Positions 51,562 through 59,144 of a DNA stretch of 64,000 nucleotides are shown one piece after another. The notes beneath the pieces were generated by a model, which saw only the letters and a list, made by a program, of their open reading frames with translations, was not told the origin of the DNA and ran no database searches. The translations under genes and the position numbers were made by a program. Source of the stretch: Candidatus Zambryskiibacteriota bacterium (GTDB lineage: Bacteria; Patescibacteriota; Minisyncoccia; Phycocordibacterales; Zambryskibacteraceae). Numbering within the stretch: the stretch's first letter is position 1; each line of letters begins with the position of its first letter. The DNA lies in the NCBI GenBank assembly GCA_016180955.1, contig JACPAD010000001.1:8527-72526 (forward strand), in the 5' to 3' direction.

Positions 51562-52548
51562 ATGCATGACTTCATAGCGATTGGAGATATTGTTACCGAC
51601 GCCTTTATCAAGCTCAAGGATGCTTCTGTCCACTGTGATATCAACCGCGAGCATTGCACTATCAGTATGGCCTTCGGTGATAAGATTCCATATGAATCGG
51701 TGGAAGTAGTAAGGGCCGTCGGCAACAGCTCAAATGCCGCCGTTGCGGCTTCCCGCCTCGGTCTCAAGAGCGCTCTTATCACTAATATGGGGGACGATCA
51801 GAATGGCCGTGAGTGTTTAGAGAGTCTGAAAAAGGATGGCGTGGCTACAGAATTTGTCTCTGTCCATCAAGACAAAGAGACCAATTACCATTATGTACTC
51901 TGGTTCGAGAGTGACCGCACTATCTTGGTCAAACATCAAGAATATGAACGAGCCTTCTCCGATGTCGGAAATCCGAAGTGGCTCTACCTCTCATCTCTCG
52001 GCGGCGACACTGTCGAATATCATAAGCGAGTCATCGAATATTTAAAGATTCATCCCGATATCTCTCTCGCGTTTCAGCCCGGCACTTTCCAAATTGAGCT
52101 TGGCAAAGATGAGCTTAAAGACATTTATGCCAGAGCAAAAATATTTTTTTGTAATGTCGGAGAGGCGGAAAAAATACTTGGTCTAAACACCTTAGGAATA
52201 GAGGGGCTTTTGAAGCGCATGCGCTCGCTCGGTCCGGAGATTGTGGTCATCACCGATGGGCCGAAAGGCGCATACGCCTTCGACGGCAAGAATATGTGGC
52301 ATCAGAGCGCCTATCCGGACCCGAAGCCGCCCTATGAGCGCACCGGCGCCGGAGACGCGCTTGCCTCCACCACGGTAGCGGCTCTCGCTTTAGGTAAAGA
52401 TATAGAGACGGCTTTAAAGTGGGGCATGGTCAACGCCATGTCGGTAGTCCAACAAGTCGGCGCCCAGAAAGGATTGCTTAACAGCCCGCAGATCGAAGAA
52501 TATCTAAAAAATGCTCCCGAGAGCTTTCAAACCAAGAAATTAAATTAA
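51562..52548 (+). CDS. PfkB-family carbohydrate kinase
   Basis: GAGDA motif near the C-terminus, ribokinase-like N-terminus. Start moved to ATG 51562 (MHDFIAIGD). TATAAT 51547-51552. Confidence 0.8.
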   Translation: MHDFIAIGDIVTDAFIKLKDASVHCDINREHCTISMAFGDKIPYESVEVVRAVGNSSNAAVAASRLGLKSALITNMGDDQNGRECLESLKKDGVATEFVSVHQDKETNYHYVLWFESDRTILVKHQEYERAFSDVGNPKWLYLSSLGGDTVEYHKRVIEYLKIHPDISLAFQPGTFQIELGKDELKDIYARAKIFFCNVGEAEKILGLNTLGIEGLLKRMRSLGPEIVVITDGPKGAYAFDGKNMWHQSAYPDPKPPYERTGAGDALASTTVAALALGKDIETALKWGMVNAMSVVQQVGAQKGLLNSPQIEEYLKNAPESFQTKKLN

Positions 52549-52601
52549 GTTCCTTAAAAATGCTTAAAAGTAATGGTTTTTAGTAAATTAAGACTAAAAA
52601 T

Positions 52602-52631
52602 TTGACTTTTATATATTAAATGTAGTATAAT
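52602..52631 (+). promoter_or_regulatory. Canonical promoter TTGACT-18-TATAAT for the lipoprotein gene
   Basis: TTGACT 52602-52607, TATAAT 52626-52631. A 7-bp hairpin (52657-52675) abuts the GGAGGAG SD (52675-52681). Confidence 0.5.
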
Positions 52632-52689
52632 GTAAAGAGACAAATAGACAAATTCGCGCTGAGTAATGCTCAGCGGAGGAGATGAGCAG

Positions 52690-53040
52690 ATGAGATTACT
52701 TTTTGTTTTCGTTCTCACGTTCGTGTTCGTCGCTGCTGGCTGTATCGGGATTCCCGAGGGCTACGAGCCTCTTGGGCCGTCGGTCGTGTCAGGGCCATTG
52801 AGAATTTTGCCGCCATACGCTCGAATCATTGTCGGCCAGCGACAGGACTTCGAGGCTTCAGGCGGCGACGGCAAATACGAGTGGAGTTTGATAAGGGGTT
52901 TAGGGACGCTCCGTATCCAGGGTGTCTCTGGCCGTTGGTATTCATACCAGTCGTCAGTGCCCGAGGAGGAGTTCCGTATTATTGTCAAGTCTGGCGACGG
53001 TCAGGCGGTCGAAACCTTCGGCATCGTTGTGTTCAGATAA
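52690..53040 (+). CDS. Small lipoprotein (lipobox VAAGC) with Ig-like beta-rich body
   Basis: MRLLFVFVLTFVFVAAGC signal/lipobox. Start moved to ATG 52690, 8 nt after GGAGGAG. Confidence 0.6.
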   Translation: MRLLFVFVLTFVFVAAGCIGIPEGYEPLGPSVVSGPLRILPPYARIIVGQRQDFEASGGDGKYEWSLIRGLGTLRIQGVSGRWYSYQSSVPEEEFRIIVKSGDGQAVETFGIVVFR

Positions 53041-53061
53041 GAGATGATGGCCGATGGCAGA

Positions 53062-53090
53062 GGGCGGACCCAACAAGTCCGCCCTTTCTT
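53062..53090 (+). terminator. GC-rich hairpin (GGGCGGAC-ccaacaa-GTCCGCCC) plus TTTCTT
   Basis: Read directly. Stem nearly identical to the hairpin at 30139-30160. Confidence 0.7.
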
Positions 53091-53115
53091 AATACCTAAA
53101 AGCAAACGGGAAGCA

Positions 53116-53144
53116 TTGACAAGTATAAAAATAAATCATATTCT
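53116..53144 (+). promoter_or_regulatory. Canonical promoter TTGACA-17-TATTCT
   Basis: TTGACA 53116-53121, TATTCT 53139-53144, AGGAGAAGGA SD before ATG 53171. Confidence 0.5.
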
Positions 53145-53170
53145 ATTTATAGACCATAGGAGAAGGACCT

Positions 53171-53422
53171 ATGCCGAAAAAGACATTCGGTTCATCTGTT
53201 GCGTGGCCGCCACGCACTACCTATCACGGCAAATTGAATCTCGAGCGACTTCCGGAAGTTGTCGCCACGATTCAGCGTGACCATGGGCGGGTTATGGACA
53301 AGGCAGTGGCTTGGCACTTCAATCTCAACAGAAGTTCATTCTGCCGGATATTGAAGATGCATCCGGAGATCAAAACAGCATATGCCGCTCTCGTAGCAAG
53401 AGCGGCTCACTCACACGGGTAG
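53171..53422 (+). CDS. Hypothetical 83-aa protein with HTH-like segment
   Basis: MDKAVAWHFNLNRSSFCRILKMHPEI. Own promoter, SD and terminator. Confidence 0.5.
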   Translation: MPKKTFGSSVAWPPRTTYHGKLNLERLPEVVATIQRDHGRVMDKAVAWHFNLNRSSFCRILKMHPEIKTAYAALVARAAHSHG

Positions 53423-53438
53423 ACCTTACGGTCTACCC
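53417..53438. terminator. Hairpin GGGTAGACC-ttac-GGTCTACCC between convergent genes
   Basis: Overlaps the stop codon of the 83-aa ORF. 12 nt from the tkt C-half stop. Confidence 0.6.
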
Positions 53439-53449
53439 GCTCGTCTTTA

Positions 53450-54436
53450 TCAGCGTCTCAAAACTTTTTTGACGGCTTTGATAATGGCGTCTTTACCCAT
53501 GCCGTAATGCTCGATTAACTCTTCCGGCGTACCTGATTGGCCGAATTGGTCATCAACGCCGATAAATTCGATAGCTACCGGATAATTTCTCGCTAGACAT
53601 TCCGCCACCGCCGAACCCATGCCCCCTCTTATCTGATGCTCCTCCACAGTAACGATTCTTTTAGCTCTCTTGGCCAAAGCGGTAATTGCTTCCTCATCAA
53701 GTGGTTTTATGGTCGAGAGATTTATCACTTCCACCTGAATCTTTTCTTCCTCAAGCTCTTTTGCAGCCAACAATGCTTTATATAAAAGCGCGCCGGTAGC
53801 AATTATTCCTACTTTTGGCGACTCGGACTCCCAGAAAATTTCGGCCTCACCGATTTTAAACGGCGTTTTATCCGTGGTCATGATTGGTGTATTCTCGCGC
53901 GCAAGGCGAATATAGACAGGAGTGTCGGTATTAGCAGCGGCTTCAGTCGCCTTTCTTGCCTCTATTGCATCACAGGGAGAAATGACCACCATGCGCGGTA
54001 GGACGCGGGTAATAGCAATATCCTCTATTGCCTGATGTGTACCGCCATCAGGCCCAACGGATACACCAGTATGGGAACCGGCGATCACAACCCTTCTGTT
54101 GTTGAAGCAGATAGTGGTGCGAATCTGCTCCCAGTTCCTGCCCGGAGAAAACATGGCATAGGAACTGATAAAGGGAATTTTTCCCATGGCGGCAAGGCCT
54201 GATGCGACTGAAGCTAAGTTCTGTTCCGCCACACCGAGTTCGATGAAGCGGTTCGGAAACTTCTCCGCGAATAAATTCATCTTGGTCGATTCCGTCAAGT
54301 CAGCACAAAGCCCGACCACACTCTGATTTTTCTGTCCAGCCGCGAGCAATCCTTCTCCAAATCCCTGCCGAATAGGAACTTGCTCAACTTTCTCATCAAA
54401 CATCTTCTCATTAAGTTTTAAATCCGGGTTGAGCAT
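53450..54436 (-). CDS. tkt: Transketolase, C-terminal half (pyrimidine-binding plus C-terminal domains)
   Basis: 328 aa. GVAEQNLASVASGLA and HTGVSVGPDGGTHQ motifs. Confidence 0.9.
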   Translation of the reverse strand: MLNPDLKLNEKMFDEKVEQVPIRQGFGEGLLAAGQKNQSVVGLCADLTESTKMNLFAEKFPNRFIELGVAEQNLASVASGLAAMGKIPFISSYAMFSPGRNWEQIRTTICFNNRRVVIAGSHTGVSVGPDGGTHQAIEDIAITRVLPRMVVISPCDAIEARKATEAAANTDTPVYIRLARENTPIMTTDKTPFKIGEAEIFWESESPKVGIIATGALLYKALLAAKELEEEKIQVEVINLSTIKPLDEEAITALAKRAKRIVTVEEHQIRGGMGSAVAECLARNYPVAIEFIGVDDQFGQSGTPEELIEHYGMGKDAIIKAVKKVLRR

Positions 54437-54439
54437 TTT

Positions 54440-54730
54440 TTATCTCACTGTCAATTTTAAACCTAGCCCTTGAGTAACTTTCTTAAGAAACGAGAGAGTG
54501 GGATTAACTCTGCCTGATTCAAAACGTGCCAAGGCAGACTGGGTAACCCCGATCTTTCTAGCCAGTTCTTTTTGAGTTAGTTTGCCGTTAATGCGGGCCC
54601 TGACAATAGCATGAAATATTTCCCTCTCAAAAACTCTCTCATCCCAAATTTTTTTAAACTTAGGACTCCTAAGGAGCTTTTTCATGAGTTCTGTATGGGT
54701 AATCAATGTTTTGGGGTCTATCTTCTTCAT
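54440..54730 (-). CDS. XRE-family HTH antitoxin (HigA-like)
   Basis: 96 aa. LTQKELARKIGVTQSALARFESGRVNPTLSFL. Directly downstream of the toxin gene. Stop is 3 nt before the tkt C-half ATG. Confidence 0.8.
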   Translation of the reverse strand: MKKIDPKTLITHTELMKKLLRSPKFKKIWDERVFEREIFHAIVRARINGKLTQKELARKIGVTQSALARFESGRVNPTLSFLKKVTQGLGLKLTVR

Positions 54731-54751
54731 GGGTTTAATATAGCATATATG

Positions 54752-55069
54752 CTATAGACGTTCAACAAGTCTTTTTAGTTCTCTGGCTCGAGCTATATCT
54801 GCTTTAGCTAATGTCCGCCTCTTTTTAATGATCGCGTAGAGCAAATATACTTTATCTTCATAAAAGCAGTAGAAAATTCTAATTTGAATTTGTCCTAGAA
54901 TTCGCAATTCGAATAAACCTCTGCCGAGAGCTTTAGAGTATGGCATTCTTAAAAGATGACCGTGGTCGGCAAGGGCGTATATAAGACTGACCACTTGTTC
55001 TTCCAGATTAAAATCTAACTTATTTATAAATTTTCTGACTTCGGGAAGATAGATTACTTCTATTGTCAT
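54752..55069 (-). CDS. RelE/HigB-fold toxin, phage Gp49-like type
   Basis: 105 aa. KALGRGLFELRILGQIQIRIFYCFYEDKVYLLYAIIKK pattern. Toxin-first order typical of higBA. Confidence 0.75.
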   Translation of the reverse strand: MTIEVIYLPEVRKFINKLDFNLEEQVVSLIYALADHGHLLRMPYSKALGRGLFELRILGQIQIRIFYCFYEDKVYLLYAIIKKRRTLAKADIARARELKRLVERL

Positions 55070-55174
55070 TTTTTAGCGGTTTTTGTTGGTCCACAAGTTA
55101 TTCCACCAGCTTGAAGAGTCTTCTGTCATAGCTACATCATAGAGAGACCTAGCACTATTTTCTGTTCCGTTGAG

Positions 55175-56041
55175 TCATTCATGTTCGCTTCTTATCTTAC
55201 CTCCTAATGTTCGAAGTTCTTTGAGAGCCATTTGGGCTTCTTCTTTATTTGGTGGTTTGCCGTGCCAGCGATAGTCACGCTCAAATTCCTTCACACCTTT
55301 GCCGGGAATTGTGTGGGCAATAATAACGGTCGGTGTACCGAAAATGCCCGATGAGGCGTCGAAGGCGTCAACAATCTCTTCGATATTGTGCCCGTCGATT
55401 TCAATCACATGCCAGTTCCAGGCGCGCCATTTATCAGACAAGGACTCCAATGGCATCACGCTCTCGGTATAGCCGTCGATTTGAATATTATTCCTGTCTA
55501 CTACTGCCACCAGATTATGAAGCTTCTCCTTAGCCCCCAGCATGGCCGCTTCCCAGGTCTGGCCGCACTCCATTTCGCCGTCAGAGAGCAGAGCGTAAAT
55601 GCGCCGCGAGCTCGTGAGCCCGTGGTCAATTTTATCCGCGAGAGCCATGCCAACCGCCTGTGAGAGGCCGGAGCCAAGAGGGCCGGAACTAGTCTCAAGT
55701 ATGGGCAAGAAATCGCGATGCGGGTGGCCCTGCAGACGGCTACCGAACTTTCTCAAAGTTTTTAGCTCGCTTTTCGGGAAATAACCTGCATGAGCCATGG
55801 TGGCGTAGAGAAGCGGGCAGATGTGACCGTTCGAGAGTACCAGTCGGTCGCGCTCCGGCCAGTCTGGTTTTTCGGGCTTGTGTTTAAGGGTATGGAAAAA
55901 GAGGACGGTGAAGATATCCGCCATATCAAGCGGTCCCGCGGTGTGGCCAGAGCCGGCCACGAGCAACGATTCGATAATTGAGATGCGAATCTCATTCGCG
56001 ATGACTTCGAGCGCGACTATTTTGTCTTGAGCAAGTTCCAT
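55175..56041 (-). CDS. tkt: Transketolase, N-terminal half (TPP-binding)
   Basis: 288 aa. GSGHTAGPLDMADIF and LLSDGEMECGQTWEA motifs. Confidence 0.9.
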   Translation of the reverse strand: MELAQDKIVALEVIANEIRISIIESLLVAGSGHTAGPLDMADIFTVLFFHTLKHKPEKPDWPERDRLVLSNGHICPLLYATMAHAGYFPKSELKTLRKFGSRLQGHPHRDFLPILETSSGPLGSGLSQAVGMALADKIDHGLTSSRRIYALLSDGEMECGQTWEAAMLGAKEKLHNLVAVVDRNNIQIDGYTESVMPLESLSDKWRAWNWHVIEIDGHNIEEIVDAFDASSGIFGTPTVIIAHTIPGKGVKEFERDYRWHGKPPNKEEAQMALKELRTLGGKIRSEHE

Positions 56042-56574
56042 AATTCTCTAAAATGAGCCCCTACAATCAACCTGTCCGCCCCGAGCTCGAGAAGTTTTTG
56101 ATAATTTCTTACATTAACTCCACCATCAACACTTATCGGCAGCTCAGGAAATTTTTCTTGAAGTGTTTTAATTCTACCAAATACTTTCTCATTCAGCGCA
56201 TGGCCCTGTTCCCCAATTTCGTCTATGGACATAAGGTGGACAAAATCTACGAAATTCAAAAAGGGTATGACTTCCTCAAGAGATTTGTCGAGCTCCACAG
56301 CAAGGCCTATTTCTGCTTGGCTCCGAAACTGCGCTAAGGAATTGCCGGCAGTGTGTACGCTCAACCTCTTCGCGCCCCTCTCAATCCATTTTGCCATGAG
56401 CTGTTCAGGCTCGCGGACCATCAAATGCACTTCAAAGTCTCTGTTATTCTCCATCCAAATATCTTCCTCCAAAACATCTATGTGAAAAAAAGTGATTTCG
56501 GCCGGCAGAAGAGAGAGCTTCTCCTTCAGGTCCTCCTCGCTCTTTGGCAAAATGGCGGGAATAATTTCATGCAT
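56017..56574 (-). CDS. rpe: Ribulose-phosphate 3-epimerase-like TIM-barrel protein (divergent)
   Basis: FHIDV, VHLMV and SVDGGV motifs. Start moved to ATG 56574 (MHEIIPAILP). Overlaps the tkt N-half start by 25 nt. Confidence 0.7.
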   Translation of the reverse strand: MHEIIPAILPKSEEDLKEKLSLLPAEITFFHIDVLEEDIWMENNRDFEVHLMVREPEQLMAKWIERGAKRLSVHTAGNSLAQFRSQAEIGLAVELDKSLEEVIPFLNFVDFVHLMSIDEIGEQGHALNEKVFGRIKTLQEKFPELPISVDGGVNVRNYQKLLELGADRLIVGAHFRELWNLLKTK

Positions 56575-57043
56575 GGATGCGCTCCATTTTTTGAATTCTT
56601 CTTTGGTATTTCTCAATATTTTTAAAAGGAGTATCAAGCCACTCTTTAACAGCATTCCTCATTTCTTCTTCGGTAACAAACCTTGCACCGATAGAAAGGA
56701 GATTAGCGTTATTATCCGCTCGTGAAATTTTTATAATTGATTCGTGTTCTTCCATCACAATACAATTTCGCTCGCCGTAAAATACGGTGGCACGAACGTC
56801 GCGAAATTTATTAGCCGCCATTCCTTCACCTTGCCCGGACCCTCCAAGAACAATACCACGTACTTCGTTTGGTCTTTGCGACACCTCTCTCGCCACCGGG
56901 ATGATATAATCAGGATAATCATCATCCTCCTTAAATTCAAATGCGCCTTTATCATCGACTTCGTAGCCGAGTTCTTGTAAATATGGGACGAGCTTTTCTT
57001 TAAGCCCAAAGCCGGCGTGGTCTGCCCCTACATAGATTTTCAT
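56567..57043 (-). CDS. rpiB: Ribose-5-phosphate isomerase B
   Basis: MKIYVGADHAGFGLKEKL and GGSGQGEGMAANK motifs. Start moved to ATG 57043. Confidence 0.85.
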   Translation of the reverse strand: MKIYVGADHAGFGLKEKLVPYLQELGYEVDDKGAFEFKEDDDYPDYIIPVAREVSQRPNEVRGIVLGGSGQGEGMAANKFRDVRATVFYGERNCIVMEEHESIIKISRADNNANLLSIGARFVTEEEMRNAVKEWLDTPFKNIEKYQRRIQKMERIHA

Positions 57044-57047
57044 ATCG

Positions 57048-58028
57048 TTAAATGTACAAACCCAGTTTAATAACGTGGTCCACCAGTGTATGAGTATATC
57101 CCATTTCATTATCGTACCATGAGTAGACGGCGCAAAGGTCCTTACCAGTAACGTGGGTTAAGGAAAGGTCAGCAACGGCGGCGTAAGGATTACCTATTAT
57201 GTCGGTAGATACTATTTGGTCGCGCGTGGTAGTGAGTATCCCATGCCAGCGCGGCTCCTTTGCCGCATTCTCAAGGATGGAGTTGATTTCATCAGGCGTA
57301 GTTTCTCTCTCCGAAACGAAGCAGATTGCCGAGAGCGAGCCAGTCGAGACGGGCACTCTCATGGCCACGCCGTCGAATTTGCCTAAAAGCTCGTGGACGG
57401 CGCGCCCGACAGCGATAGCTGCGCCCGTAGTCGAGGGCACGATATTGATGGCCGCGGCGCGACCGCGGCGATAATCCTCTCCTTTCGCTGGAGAATCTAC
57501 TAGAGATTGGGTGGCGGTATAGCCGTGAACAGTATTAAGAAAAGCTTTTTTGATGCCAAGCTTTTCGGAAAGTATTTGCATTATCGGAGAGGCAGAGTTG
57601 GTGGTGCAGGAGCCATTCGAGGTAATGACGCAAGCCTTTAAATCTTCTTCATTTACCCCCATCAGTACGGTCTTGCTGTCGGCCGTGTCATCATCTTTAG
57701 CTGGAGCGGTTATCACCACTCGCTTGGCGCCTGCTTGTATATGAGCTCGAGCTTTATTAAAACTTTCGAATGCGCCGGAAGATTCAACAACGATATCTAC
57801 TCCCAATTCTTTCCACGGAAGTTTGCTCGGGTCTTTTTCAGAGAGGAATTTGGCATCGAATTTGCCGCCCCAATTCCCGTAGATACTGTCGTATTTCAAA
57901 AGATATTCCAAATTTTCCAAATTGCCCAAATCGTTGACGGCAACGATTTGGAGCTCTGGCTTCTCTTTTGCTAACTTATAGAATGCCCTGCCTATCCGGC
58001 CGAATCCATTTATCGCAACGCGAGTCAT
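57048..58028 (-). CDS. gap: Glyceraldehyde-3-phosphate dehydrogenase
   Basis: INGFGRIGR and the active site SNGSCTTNS. Confidence 0.95.
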   Translation of the reverse strand: MTRVAINGFGRIGRAFYKLAKEKPELQIVAVNDLGNLENLEYLLKYDSIYGNWGGKFDAKFLSEKDPSKLPWKELGVDIVVESSGAFESFNKARAHIQAGAKRVVITAPAKDDDTADSKTVLMGVNEEDLKACVITSNGSCTTNSASPIMQILSEKLGIKKAFLNTVHGYTATQSLVDSPAKGEDYRRGRAAAINIVPSTTGAAIAVGRAVHELLGKFDGVAMRVPVSTGSLSAICFVSERETTPDEINSILENAAKEPRWHGILTTTRDQIVSTDIIGNPYAAVADLSLTHVTGKDLCAVYSWYDNEMGYTHTLVDHVIKLGLYI

Positions 58029-59053
58029 CCTTTGAATTGTAGCATGTCCTGCGTGATTTTCTTCTCTTCGTCGGTGTGGGCGCGGACGTCTACTTCATAA
58101 CTAGTGTTCTGACTCTCGAAAAAATTGACTAACTCGTAAACGTCGGTGGCGGTGCCCATCCACTTGGCCGGGTTGGTGGCGCCGTAATGCTTCGGAAGAC
58201 CGAGTTCCTCGAGGCGTCTGTCAGTGACGTATTGCACGTATTGATTGACGTACTCGGCGTTGAGACCCAAAATACCGTTCGGGAAAAGGTCTTTGTTGTA
58301 AGCGGTCTCAAGATTGACGCCCTCAATAATTAGATCCTTAATTTCCTTGGCAAATTCTTCCGTCAGAAGTTCGCTGTTCTCTTCGAGAATGGTGTGGACA
58401 AGATTAATGCCGAACTTAAGGTGGAGAGATTCGTCGCGGATGACCCAGTTAATCATCGAGCCGAAGTTCCGCAAGATATTTCTCTGGCGGAAAGAGAGCG
58501 CCACCATGAAGCCGGAGTAGAACCAGATGCCTTCCATCACAATATTAGTGGCGATTAAATTTCTGATGAAGTCCTTCTGGCCCTCTGAAGTGGAGATGTC
58601 AAGAGTGTCTTCTGTCATGCGCTTCATATACTTGTTGATGTAGCGCTCCTTGGCCTGCATCGATGGGATCTCGATATGAATGTTGAAAATTTTATCGCGC
58701 TCGAAGAACGGGAAAGTTTCGAGCACGTACTCGAAAGCCACACAATGATTAGCCTCCTCCCACATTTGCTTGGCGAGATAAAGATGGCACTCGGGACTTT
58801 TAAGATAAGGGTAAATGCCGAGGGCGATGGAGCGGTTAACGATAAGCTCCGCCGGATTAAAGAAAGCCATGAGGAATTTAACCGCATGTTGCTCGTCGTC
58901 CGTCATCTTCTCCCAATCCTGAATGTCTTCCTTGAGCGCTATTTCGTGCGGGAACCAAGTGTTCCTTACAGCCTGATTATAGAGGTCATACGCCCATTGG
59001 TAGCGCAAAGGGTGAAGATTGGTATCGTCAGGTGATGGTTTACCTATAAGCAT
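58025..59053 (-). CDS. nrdB: Ribonucleotide reductase class I beta subunit
   Basis: Di-iron ligand motifs EEANHCVAFEY and RDESLHLKFG. Confidence 0.9.
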   Translation of the reverse strand: MLIGKPSPDDTNLHPLRYQWAYDLYNQAVRNTWFPHEIALKEDIQDWEKMTDDEQHAVKFLMAFFNPAELIVNRSIALGIYPYLKSPECHLYLAKQMWEEANHCVAFEYVLETFPFFERDKIFNIHIEIPSMQAKERYINKYMKRMTEDTLDISTSEGQKDFIRNLIATNIVMEGIWFYSGFMVALSFRQRNILRNFGSMINWVIRDESLHLKFGINLVHTILEENSELLTEEFAKEIKDLIIEGVNLETAYNKDLFPNGILGLNAEYVNQYVQYVTDRRLEELGLPKHYGATNPAKWMGTATDVYELVNFFESQNTSYEVDVRAHTDEEKKITQDMLQFKG

Positions 59054-59144
59054 TGGTTTAAATTTTCAATTTAGAATTTATAATTTTTATTAAATTTTCA
59101 ATTCATTAATTTTAAATTTTAAATTGAAAATTCTAAATTCCATT
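59054..59144. repeat. AT-rich nrdA-nrdB spacer with permuted inverted repeats
   Basis: AATTTTCAATT x2 and its complement AATTGAAAATT. AATTTAGAATT and its complement AATTCTAAATT. Confidence 0.4.
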
